Positions 1-10,100 of a stretch of 63,405 bases of DNA are shown here, piece after piece; position 1 is the first letter of the stretch, and each line of letters starts with the position of its first letter. Source of the stretch: Klebsormidium nitens. Its lineage: Eukaryota; Plantae; Klebsormidiophyceae. A program made the position numbers and the translations under genes. The notes beneath the pieces were generated by a model. The model saw only the letters and a program-made list of their open reading frames with translations, had not been told where the DNA came from and did not search any database. The DNA lies in the NCBI GenBank assembly GCA_000708835.1, contig DF237475.1, positions 1-63,405 of the forward strand, given 5' to 3'.

Positions 1-331
1 AGCACCGCTTCCTCAGGTGATACTGGCTGATTGAACGAGCGATACAAGAAAGAGACCTTGCAAAAAGAGACCCGCAGACAGAACGCAACAGACGGAACGC
101 GAAGTGCAGACAAACCGCGCTACTGATCAAGTGCATTCCGTCGAGCACCAAAGAATTAACAATTTACAATCCTTTACTAACCCCATCAGCATGTAATCCA
201 ATCTCAGACTCAAACTTGCTCAACACTTGGCTGACATGTCGAATCTTTGCAAGCAGCAGTGCAAGATGTGAGCGGGCTCGACAAAGACTGGGCAATCCTG
301 ATTCGGAGGGAAGTGTTCGAACGCTCCTCAC

Positions 332-3064
332 CCCGGTATACAGTGCCCCTTCTCCTCGTTCGTGGGTATGAACCAGACCTCGCGCATTTTTGGAGCTTCG
401 AGCTGGACGAAGATCCCGTCTTTCGACCCGTGTTTCCAACCGCGCTCCCCTAGGCCCCGCCATCTCTGAACAAAACAGAAATCGCGAGCGGCATCGCTGG
501 CAGAAAGCATACCTTGCGAACGGGCCACAATCCAAAATGATGGTTGTCCCGAAGACAAAACTGACAAGGTGTCTTCCAATCTATCGACAACAGGTGGAGC
601 AGCAAAGCCCTCTCAAGTGCCGGACTAGAACTTGCTTTTCTCTTCACCACACGAAAGAATATGCAACATATGGAAGCAAGGAGGATGCAAGTTGAAAGAC
701 TATGACAAGCTCCGGTAGTTTGATGATTTAAGAGCGGGTTCCGACGTTTCTGGGGCTCACCTGGGGGAAGGAAATCTTGCTTTTGAGGGCCACTAAACAC
801 GCCGCATGCGCGCCCGTGTCCACTGCATACCGTCGAAGAAAGTCTACGCACTGCGCAAGCGTGTCTGGAGATTCGAACGCCTGCAGGCAGGTGCGCCACT
901 TTTCAACGCGCATTAAGAACAGAGCCGTGCTGATGGGAAATACCAAAAGTGACGTCAAATCTGACGTCCAGACAGGTGAGACGTCAAGGGCGCATACAAA
1001 AGCAGCTATCAGACAGCCTCGGCAGTACGGTCAGGATGATATAATGGTACGGCTCTTGAAGGGTGGATCAACGCAGAGCAGTCCGCACAGATGAACGCTG
1101 AGATCCAACGGAGTGTCAGGGATCGTACGTGGCTTTCAAGCTTTTTCAAATCAAAAACCTTTGTGACTTGTCGGTCGAGGAGCTAGAACATGACTGCTCT
1201 CGTTCTTGTGTACCAAAAGCCTGACGACTTCCGAAAAATGGCAGACAGACTCTGCTGTTAAGACTATCAACCTCAGCGACCCGACCTCGCACTTTGCCGT
1301 CATGGGGCTAGGAGCCAGCAATCTCTGCTCACCTGGTTGATGGCCACTTGCGACTGATCTGCCTCCTGATTGGTAGACCCCTCTTTGTACCTTCCAGGCT
1401 GGAACATCACGGATGCATCCAGCTTGCCCCCAGCTTCAACAAAGTCGTCTGCGGCCTTTTCGAGCATCCTCTTTGCAAAAGCCCGCACCCTCGTTTCGCT
1501 GTATGGTATGGACGGCCCCAGACTCTGGAGACAAATGAAACACAGTTGCCCATCAGAACACTCTCGTCGAAGCGACTAGAGGCCAGCTCAAAAGCCGCAA
1601 TCTGCTATTAGGAACGGGCGAATCGACCAGGAACTGACGCCGGCCATGTAACATGACGCCCTCGATTTCGCAGTTCAAAGCATTTAACAGTGCTTGAGGC
1701 CCGTACAGATCACAGAGCATACATAACGAGCACAGGAACAACCAGTCTTACGATGGTCACCTGGTCTGCTTTTGCCTTCTCGTACTCGTCCTCGTTTCTC
1801 ACAGCCTCTTCTTGAGGTGGGCCTTTACCAGCCGCACTCCGTTTTGAGTCCCGTGCGAGACGGGTCATACCCCGGATCTTCAACGTTATGTCCTGACTCT
1901 TGGGGTTCAGTTCCGCAGCTTCTTTGAAGGCAGCCAGCGCCTGCAAGACGATTCCAGCTGGCATCAGATTCTTGCAACAGATCTGGGACCAAATATCAGG
2001 GAAACAGAGGCCACCAGGAAAGAAACGGTTTGACATGCTTGGAAGATGGAGAAGGCAGGGAAAACAAGGCTGGCTAAGAAGGGGCACAGTTCCTCACCTC
2101 ATCATAGCGCTTAAGCGCCTCTAGTGCACAGCCTTTCCGGAAATAGCCCTGACAGACACAAAGACATAGAAGCGTGAGAGGCCTACAAGAAAAAATCTGT
2201 TCGAGCAGTGTTGCCGATGCAACCAGGGTGGTGTGATGAGTGAGCAGGAAAGGAGGGAACTTTTTCGATATCAACACTTTTGATCAAGACAACTGCGGTG
2301 ACACATGCGCTTTTCTGCAATGCAGCACTCGATACTACAAGGCACAAATAGTGCGCTGACCTTCTCTTCAAATCACATCTGCCTGACAACTCAAAAGCAC
2401 GTGCGAGAAGCTTGTGTTCAGTACTGATGACGGCACGTCCTCGATGGAGGGAAGAGTGGATTGCCTCGATGGCCCAACTACCACCATGACCCACCTTCTC
2501 CCAGGTTGGCCGAAGCTGGATTGTCTTCTCTGCATCTTCAAGTGCCTTTGTAACTTTGTTGAGCTGGAGAAAGGACGCGGAGCGGTTGCTGCAGACAGGA
2601 AAGGCAGAGTCAAATTTGAACATTTTCCAGACCAAGCTAAACCTTTGGGATAAAACCGAAGTGAGCTGATGCGGCGAAAGTTTGGCCCAACTCTGCCGTC
2701 CGCTGAGAGAATTCTTGATCATTCAAAGAAAGTGCGTCTAGAGCTGGCTGAATTATCAAAGCTGGTAAGTTACTGTAGTGCTCTGCTTTTGACCCCATTT
2801 TGGTGGTGGTGGTGGTGCTCAGCTTGGAGAAACCAAAAAATGAGTATGCAGCCAACACCTTTCCTGCACAACACTCGGTAACAGGAGCTCTAGAATCCTG
2901 CAAGATAGGTCTTAAAGAAATCTATACCTGAACAAGGTTGCATTGTCTGGGTCCTCTTTGATTGCCTTGGAGTACGTAGCTGCTGCTTTTAGGTACTGTG
3001 CTGCTTTGAAGTGCGCATTGCCCTGATCCTTGAGGCTTACAGTCTCCCCATCGCCACCCGCCAT
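332..3064 (-). CDS. TPR3: TPR-repeat protein, plant TPR3 (At1g04190)-like; 3' end unresolved and possibly beyond the left edge
   Basis: Phase-compatible exons: 3064-2928 (MAGGDGETVSLKDQGNAHFKAAQYLKAAATYSKAIKEDPDNATLFS), 2588-2495 (NRSASFLQLNKVTKALEDAEKTIQLRPTWEK), 2148-2098 (GYFRKGCALEALKRYDE), 1940-1761 (ALAAFKEAAELNP...), 1524-1333, 880-761 (AFESPDTLAQCVDFLRRYA...) and 465-332 (WRGLG...DGIFVQLEAPKMREVWFI). This gives three TPR motifs plus a C-terminal domain I recall from Arabidopsis TPR3. The last exon could not be placed. Confidence 0.85.
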
Positions 3065-4130
3065 GCCCACACTTTTGAGCAAAAGGAAATGCTAATCCAA
3101 TCAACTGCGAGGGCCTTTTTGACTCTGAGAATCACAGTTCAACGTTGAAATTGCACGCAATTCAATCTATCGCAGAAAGCTAAAGTTTTCCTTCAGATTA
3201 GCCATGCCTATTTGAGCAAAATAGAGATTGCTATGAGAAGCGCCTTCTAGCTTCTAGACAGCTGTCCTCTGCGCCCATCAAGCTACCTACATACCGTACC
3301 TATCCGCGCGCCCATAGATCAGCATCAAATGAATGGTTGCGCCCCTGCGTAGCTGCTTTCCTTATGCGCGCATTATATCGCGAGCACTTTTAACTGCAAG
3401 GTTTAAGAAGGCGGCCGCGCGGGCCCTTCCGCCGCGCCAGCGCAGAAGACTTATCCTATCTCTGCGCGCGATCGCTCGCGTGCAGCTCTGAGCTGACGCC
3501 GTAACCTCAGAGCGCACCACGTGGTGGCTTTTGTCGAGCGCTGCGTCCGTCATCCATGCACACCGTCACCATCTCGCTCGCATGCAGCCCATGACCGCCC
3601 ATGGCCATGGCGACCGCCCAGTGACAAGACTTCAAGCTGAAACATCCCCAGTATGTATGCTTCTGATTGGATGCTTTCGCGGGTCATCAATGTACTTTTG
3701 CTCTTGCTCAGGTGAAGTGGCGCCAATGCAGCTCGTCTTCAGCTCGTCTTGCGGAAAGTCGCCGCATTCGGAGGAGTTCACGTGCTGACGATCTGGGCGT
3801 GCACAGAGGGGGCTGACTGCGTCAGGGACTGCCGCTTCGATGGTCGCAACGCTCTCGAAGTTCCGCACAGGAACGCCGGCAGCTAGCTTCTACAGGGAAG
3901 CGTCTGAGGCACTTCGCTCAGGCGCCAATGCTCGCAACGTCCACGTCAGATGCGCGCACCCGCAGGTCGTGAACGGCAAGGCGTATAAAAGCGAAAACGG
4001 CAGGGGTGACGGTCGCCCTGCCACTCCTGAAGCCAGAAGAGAGCAGCTGCGTGACCCCCCACCTAGCAGTGAGAGGCAATCACGTGGACCTCCCCTAAGT
4101 GAGGCTGAGAAGGAGGAGCTGCGCAGCGAG

Positions 4131-7100
4131 ATGAGCACGCTGTCCAAGCGGGTGCAGGAGTTTGCGGGGCGGTGGGACCCGACGTGCGAAGACGCGGTGG
4201 ACGTCGTCTTTGCGTCGCGTTATGGCCAGCAGCCGCTCCCCAAGTAAGCTCAGAAACTTCTTGCCTCTGACTGGCCTTGATTAAGACATTTGCACCACCA
4301 TCTAAATCAACAGGGAACTTTTTGAGCAGACTCTAAGTGTGGTTTTGAGGTTCAGATCTCCGTACCTTAGCCGGGTGCTGAGTTGTGTCTGTGCATTGGA
4401 TGCACGTTGGTTTAATGGCCAGCTCAAGGGGAGCTGTCCAGAGTTGTCCTCTCAGGCCCATGCACCTGTTGATAGTGGAGGACAGGGTGACGTGCTCCTA
4501 AAGAAAGATGAAAAAGGTCACTTTCCCTGATCATCAGAACGTGCGCATTCGCAAACCCAAGGTGAATGATGAAACATGAAGAACAATGGACAGCTGGTCC
4601 AAAGTGTTCCAGGGTTTCATACCACCCTCATCCGATTTGATTGATCGTTCTTTTAACTTGCTCTCTGCATTGCACCTGTATTGCGTGGCCAAGTCCCATT
4701 ACTTATCCTGTAGCCATGGCACACCATTACAAAAAGGTCAGCGATGAAAGGGTCTCAGAGATTCCATTGAAAGGCCCTCATTCTGGAGAAATTAGTATTG
4801 AAGATCTGGAAGCAGAGTCTCAACAGGTTCAGAATCCTGACAAGTATAGCCTGACAGTGAGAGAGTGGCACCTGCATCCAGACTGTTGATATGTTCTCTC
4901 CAGCATTGCATTCTCACAGTGGTATGATGGGTACTCATTGTCTGATCTATCTTTCTAGCCTACTGGCTCTTTTGAATCTCTGAGAAATGTGTGAAAGAGG
5001 TTGCGCACATTTTGTTTTAATGAAATTAAATAGCTGCTCCATTGGCAGACACTCATTTACGACTTTTGCCTGCATTCTTGTAGTCGTTTCTGAATCCTGT
5101 AATGCGACCTTTGTATTGACACTTTCATTTGTCAGCTTGTATTCCTTGTTTCAAGTCTGTCTGTCGTGGAGAGTGTCTTGGCCTTCTCCTCAACGATTTA
5201 AAAGTGGTTGTCATTGTTGTCTGCGAATGATGCGGTCAATGGCCCTTTCTTCCAAGCTCCCGGAAGTGGTAACACGCGGGGAGCACAATCCTGGAGTCAG
5301 AGAGCAAAAGGGCAACACAGATAGCAATGTCACACAAGGCCAGAATCGGTTGGGAAAGGAGAGATTTCCCTTTCTAGCATTATTAGTCTGAGTGATTGCA
5401 ACGCAGCGAGTCACTCACTTTGAGCTTTTTGGGTGGTTTTCAGCTCGATCTAGACGGGGACACTCCACATAGTACCACCGCTGCTTTTAGCTTTGAAGCG
5501 AACAACCTCGAAAGCTTGCCAGTGATGTCTTTCAAGAGCGAAGACTCGGTGCAAGGGTCCCGCTCAAGGTTTTATCATCTAGCGTGACCTTCGTGACCTC
5601 GAACATAAGACCCGCTTTCCACTTTTGAAGCTTGACGCTAGATTCGAATGCATTCCCATTTTTATGCGAGTTCAGGGAGACTGTCGTTGATCTGCAAAGA
5701 TACGTTGTAAGGAAATGTTGGCAGAACGATTGTGAAAGGGTCATCGCATTCTGCCTTCCATCACCACGTCGTCACACCTCCCTGATCAGATCGGAGTGCA
5801 TATTTCGAAGCTCAGAAACACGTCAATTTTACCCATCGGTCAATCAAGTCGACGTCCGTTCGAGGTCACTTCGACCATCAGATTCGTCCGAGTTCTTTGT
5901 ACGAAGCCCGTCTGTCCTATCCGCTGGCATTCCACAATACGCCATCTTCAGAACCACCTTCCGTTGAGGCAAATGTCTCTCTGTCCGTCCCAACCTGTCC
6001 TAGTCGAACTGCCAACCTTCCTAAGCGAAGAGTTTCTCATTCCTATTGGCAATCAAACGCGCCCTCCGATTCTGCGGACTTGCGGCGATCTGGCCCCTTC
6101 GCGACCCACTCCTCCCGACGTTAGTGACTCACCTTTCGAAGAACACACTGTCCGAAACCGCACCGTCCGATTTATTCCTTCGTCCGCAGGTACGTCATTG
6201 TGGAGAACGAGTTGGGCAAGACGAAACTCAAGAAAGATAACATTAATCCGAGATAATGATAAGGGAACCGCACTGAGACGGGCAGGGTTAGTTTGGTGGT
6301 TAGGGTGGGTATGGGTGCGGAGCAGGCATCTTTTGGGATTAGGAATTTGTGTTGGCGGAAGCTTATTGTTATCTTTCTGGAGAATTTGCTGGGGAAGGAG
6401 GCGGCGTACCAGGTGATTGCTTACGTCCGCATCCACACCGTCCAAAGCCTTTCTTTTCTGCCCGTCCGCAGGTACGCCATCGCGGAGAACGAGTTGGGCA
6501 AGGACGTGGCGTACTAACAGGTGATTGCACCAAGCCCTTATCGTCCGGATTCGCACAGTCCGAACCCTTTCCTTCTCCCCGTCCGCAGGTACGCCATCTC
6601 GGAGGACGAGCTGGGCAAGGACGCGGCGTACCAGCTTATCGCACCGAGCTCTTGACGTCCGCGTTCGCAGCGTCCGAACCCTTTCTTGTCCCCCGTCCGC
6701 AGGTACGCCATCTCGGAGAACGAGCTGGGCAAGGACGCGGCGTACCAGGTGATTGCGGACCACCTGCAGATGGACGGCAAGCCGCGGCTCAACCTGGCCA
6801 GCTTCGTGACGACCTGGATGGAGCCCGAGTGCGACAAGCTGCTCACCGAGGCCTTCAACAAGAACCTCGCCGACCTTGACGAGTACCCCGCCTCCGCGGA
6901 GCTCGAGGTGAGGCGGGGCATCGGACGCTCGCGGTTCTCGTCTTCGGACGTCCGCTTATCCTGGTTAGGCCAGAATTTGCGTACGGACGTCCTTTCAACA
7001 TGAATCGCGCGGGAAATCAGCCTGGGACATCCGTTCGCATTGCTTCTGGCGGAGGTCCGCTTGTAAACAGAACGGCCGTGTGAACGATCTTGCTTTAGAA

Positions 7101-10100
7101 TGAATTTCAGCCCGTGTTGTGGAAATTGCTGTGAAGGTAGTTGTAGGTGTGCTGGACGCCTGTAGCAATTGCTCCGGATGGGTGAACTGGACATGTGTGC
7201 ACGTTCGTTTCCACAAGAGGTCTTTCTCGTCATTTGGGTCCACCTTTATGGGGTGGTGCGGTTGGACTGCAGGATTGTGCTATTCAAACGCTCACTTTCT
7301 TCGGTGGAAGTGAGAGCGCTTGTTTTTGCTTCGGCGTAACAAAATTCGGACAGTGGAGGATTCTGGATGGGCAAGGCGTTCGTCGTGTTGCTTCCACAGT
7401 CTTTGAACGACAGCCATGTACTCGGTCTCACTAAGCGCCATCGGTTATGCAGGGACTTGACTTAAGTCAGCATGGTTATCTCTCAGGACTTTCCCGGGCT
7501 CTGATCTTTTGTCGAGTACGGCGAGCTCGTGTCGCAGTCTGCGGTGTCGCAGTCTGCGACAACCCCGCTCCTTTGACATCTGCAGAAGCGGTGCGTCAAC
7601 ATCATCGCGCGGCTGTTCAACGCGCCGCTGGAGGAGAACGAGATGGCGCGCGGCACGTCCACCATCGGCTCGTCGGAGGCCATCATGCTGGCGGGGCTGG
7701 CCATGAAGCGGCGCTGGCAGAACCGGCGGAAGGCGGCTGGCAAGTCCATCGACAAGCCCAACATGGTTGTCGGCTCCAACACGCACGTGAGCCTGCGTTG
7801 ATTCATTCGCTTGCAGTCGCTTTGTAATCACGGTTTGCGCTGGTTTTTTGTTCGAGATAGGAGTATGGTTTAGTATGCAAGTTCGGTCTGAAGGTGTGGG
7901 GTTTTGATCCTCATCTTCTTCAGTGCCCATGTTTACTTTTGCCGTCGTTACAATCTGTCAGTGAACCACAATCATAAGAATGTTTCGAAATCATCCTGTG
8001 CTGAGCGGGGATTCAATCCAATTGTCAGCGATCTGCTGTGCTTGAAATGCATCATAGCCGCACTTCAAAACCGCAGTAGTCAAGGACGTTGACGAAACCC
8101 GTTCCGCTCCTTCCGTTGTTCCGCTGCAGGTCGCCGTCGAGAAGTTCGCGCGCTACTTCGACGTCGACACTAAGGTGATCAACGTGGATTCGGACGGGTG
8201 GGTGATGCGGCCCGAGGATGCCGTGGGAGCTTGCGACGAGAACACGATTGGCATCTTCGCCATTGTGGGGACGACGTACACCGGGCACTTTGAGGATATT
8301 AAGGGCATGAACGACCTGCTGGAGGACAAGAATCGGGAGACCGGGTGAGCAGCCCGGGAGCCTTTTAAGGAAGGCCCATTAAAGCCTCGAAAATCCACTA
8401 AAAAGTCTATGGGTACATGTTTGGTGTTTTGAGCAAGGACAGCAGCACATTAAATCTTCCTTGAAGAGAGCCTACGAGCCTTTCCAAGGAAAGCGCATTG
8501 AATAGTCAAGAATCCGCCAAGAAATTTCATGAGGACATGCTCGTTGTTCTGAGCAGTGGCAGCATCAGATCAAATGGTCCTTGAAGAGAGCCTACAAGCT
8601 TCAAGGCTTCCTTGCCGTTACCGGCTGGTTAGCGGAGGCTCGCCAAGCTGGCAGTCGTTCTCTAAGCTGACGAAAAGGACTTATGTGAAGTATGGCGTGG
8701 CATGTTCGTCTTATCCTGGTTGTCACTGACCGCCTCTGAAACACCTTGCCGATCGCTTCGCCCGCTTGTCGCCGTCACCCCGAGCTCTCCTCAATACCGC
8801 AAGAGAACAAGCCCACTAGCAGACCGCGCAGCAACACTCTAGACCGCAAACAAACAGACCCCCCGCAAACAAACAGAACCCCGCGCAGGTGGAACGTGCC
8901 CATCCACGTGGACGGCGCGAGCGGGTCGTTCGTGGCGGCGTTCGCGCACCCGGAGCTGGCGGTCGACTTCCGGCTGCCGTGGGTGAAGAGCATCAACGTG
9001 AGCGGGCACAAGTACGGGCTGACCTACCCGGGCGTCGGGTGGGCCATCTGGCGCACGCGGGACGACCTGCCCGAGGACCTGCTCTTCCACGTCAACTACC
9101 TCGGATCCGAGCAGGTGCGTCAATCGTGGATTCTCTCCTGAGCTTTCAGGGGGACATTGGCCTTGCGGTTGAGTCCGAGGTCCGGGGTTTGGGATTTGGG
9201 TTTAAGGATTAAGGTTTTAAGAAAAGGGTTTTGGGCTTTGCGGACCTCCATTTGAGAACCTGCTCTTCCACGTCAACTACCTCGGCTCCGAGCAGGTGCG
9301 TGAACCCGTGAGTCTGAGATTCAGGGCTTTGTTGGTTCTGTTAGGGCTCTCGGTTCTCCGCTTTCGCACTGTCAGGGGCCGGTTCGCCCTGTTAGGGGTG
9401 AGTTCGAGGTCCAGGAGTCGGAAAATGAGTCAGGGTCCGGTTTTGGGGTTTTGGACCCCGGTACCTGTCGGATGTCTTCGGGGACCAAGTATTTCCAAAA
9501 AGAATACCTGGGCTCTTCGAGTAGGACTATAGCGTGTCCCATGAGGGTGAATTTCGGGGCTTCTCCCCTTGGAAGTTGGGTTTGCGGTTCGTTGGTCCGC
9601 GCTGTTCGGGGTAAGTCCGAGGTCCGGAATTTGGGCCTCGGGCTTCAGGACGGGTTTCGGGGTTCGGGTTATGGGTTCCGGGATTTGGAATTTCTGGAGG
9701 ACGTTTCCCAACGACCTGCTCTTCTACGTCAACTACTCGGGCTCCGAGCAGATCGGCGCGCAGGGGGAGCCAACTGGCCGGGGATTGGAGCAGCTGTAGA
9801 GGGGTTACGAGTTGTGAACTCATGGGCAGACCAATGGTCTTGGAAAGTTGTATCTGTGTGGGTTCTAGTTTCTGTGAAGATTGGCTGCGGCATGTTTGGA
9901 GCTAGGACGTGGTGTGTTCGTGAGTCGCCTGTTCCAACGTTTCCGATTTGACTGTTCACAGTTCCGATGCGGGAAGCTGGGTCATTTTTAGCATCATGTA
10001 TAGTCAAGAGGAATGTTTCTGACAGTAAACAAGGAAGCCTATCTGAGAGTCGCCAGCACCAGAAAGAAAGAGCTGATGCAGAGGCATGAGGGGTTGCAAG

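Noticed and set aside
5938-5957. Possible fifth, older GAD exon-2 copy (tacgccatcttcagaac)
   Set aside because: Only about 10 bp match exactly and there is no acceptor AG, so it cannot be distinguished from chance.
6150-6755. Regularly spaced repeats resembling a CRISPR array
   Set aside because: The repeats are copies of a spliceosomal intron/exon junction of GAD, the spacers are similar to each other, the DNA is eukaryotic and no cas genes are present.
5796-7233. Long ORFs 5796-6416 (+), 6053-6763 (-) and 6538-7233 (-)
   Set aside because: They are by-products of the GC-rich junction repeats and the antisense of GAD exon 2, with no recognisable protein features.
9181-9690. Telomere-like gggttt/tttggg tracts in GAD intron 5
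   Set aside because: There are no consecutive exact TTTAGGG or TTTTAGGG units, so this was treated as G/T-skewed low complexity within the duplicated intron.
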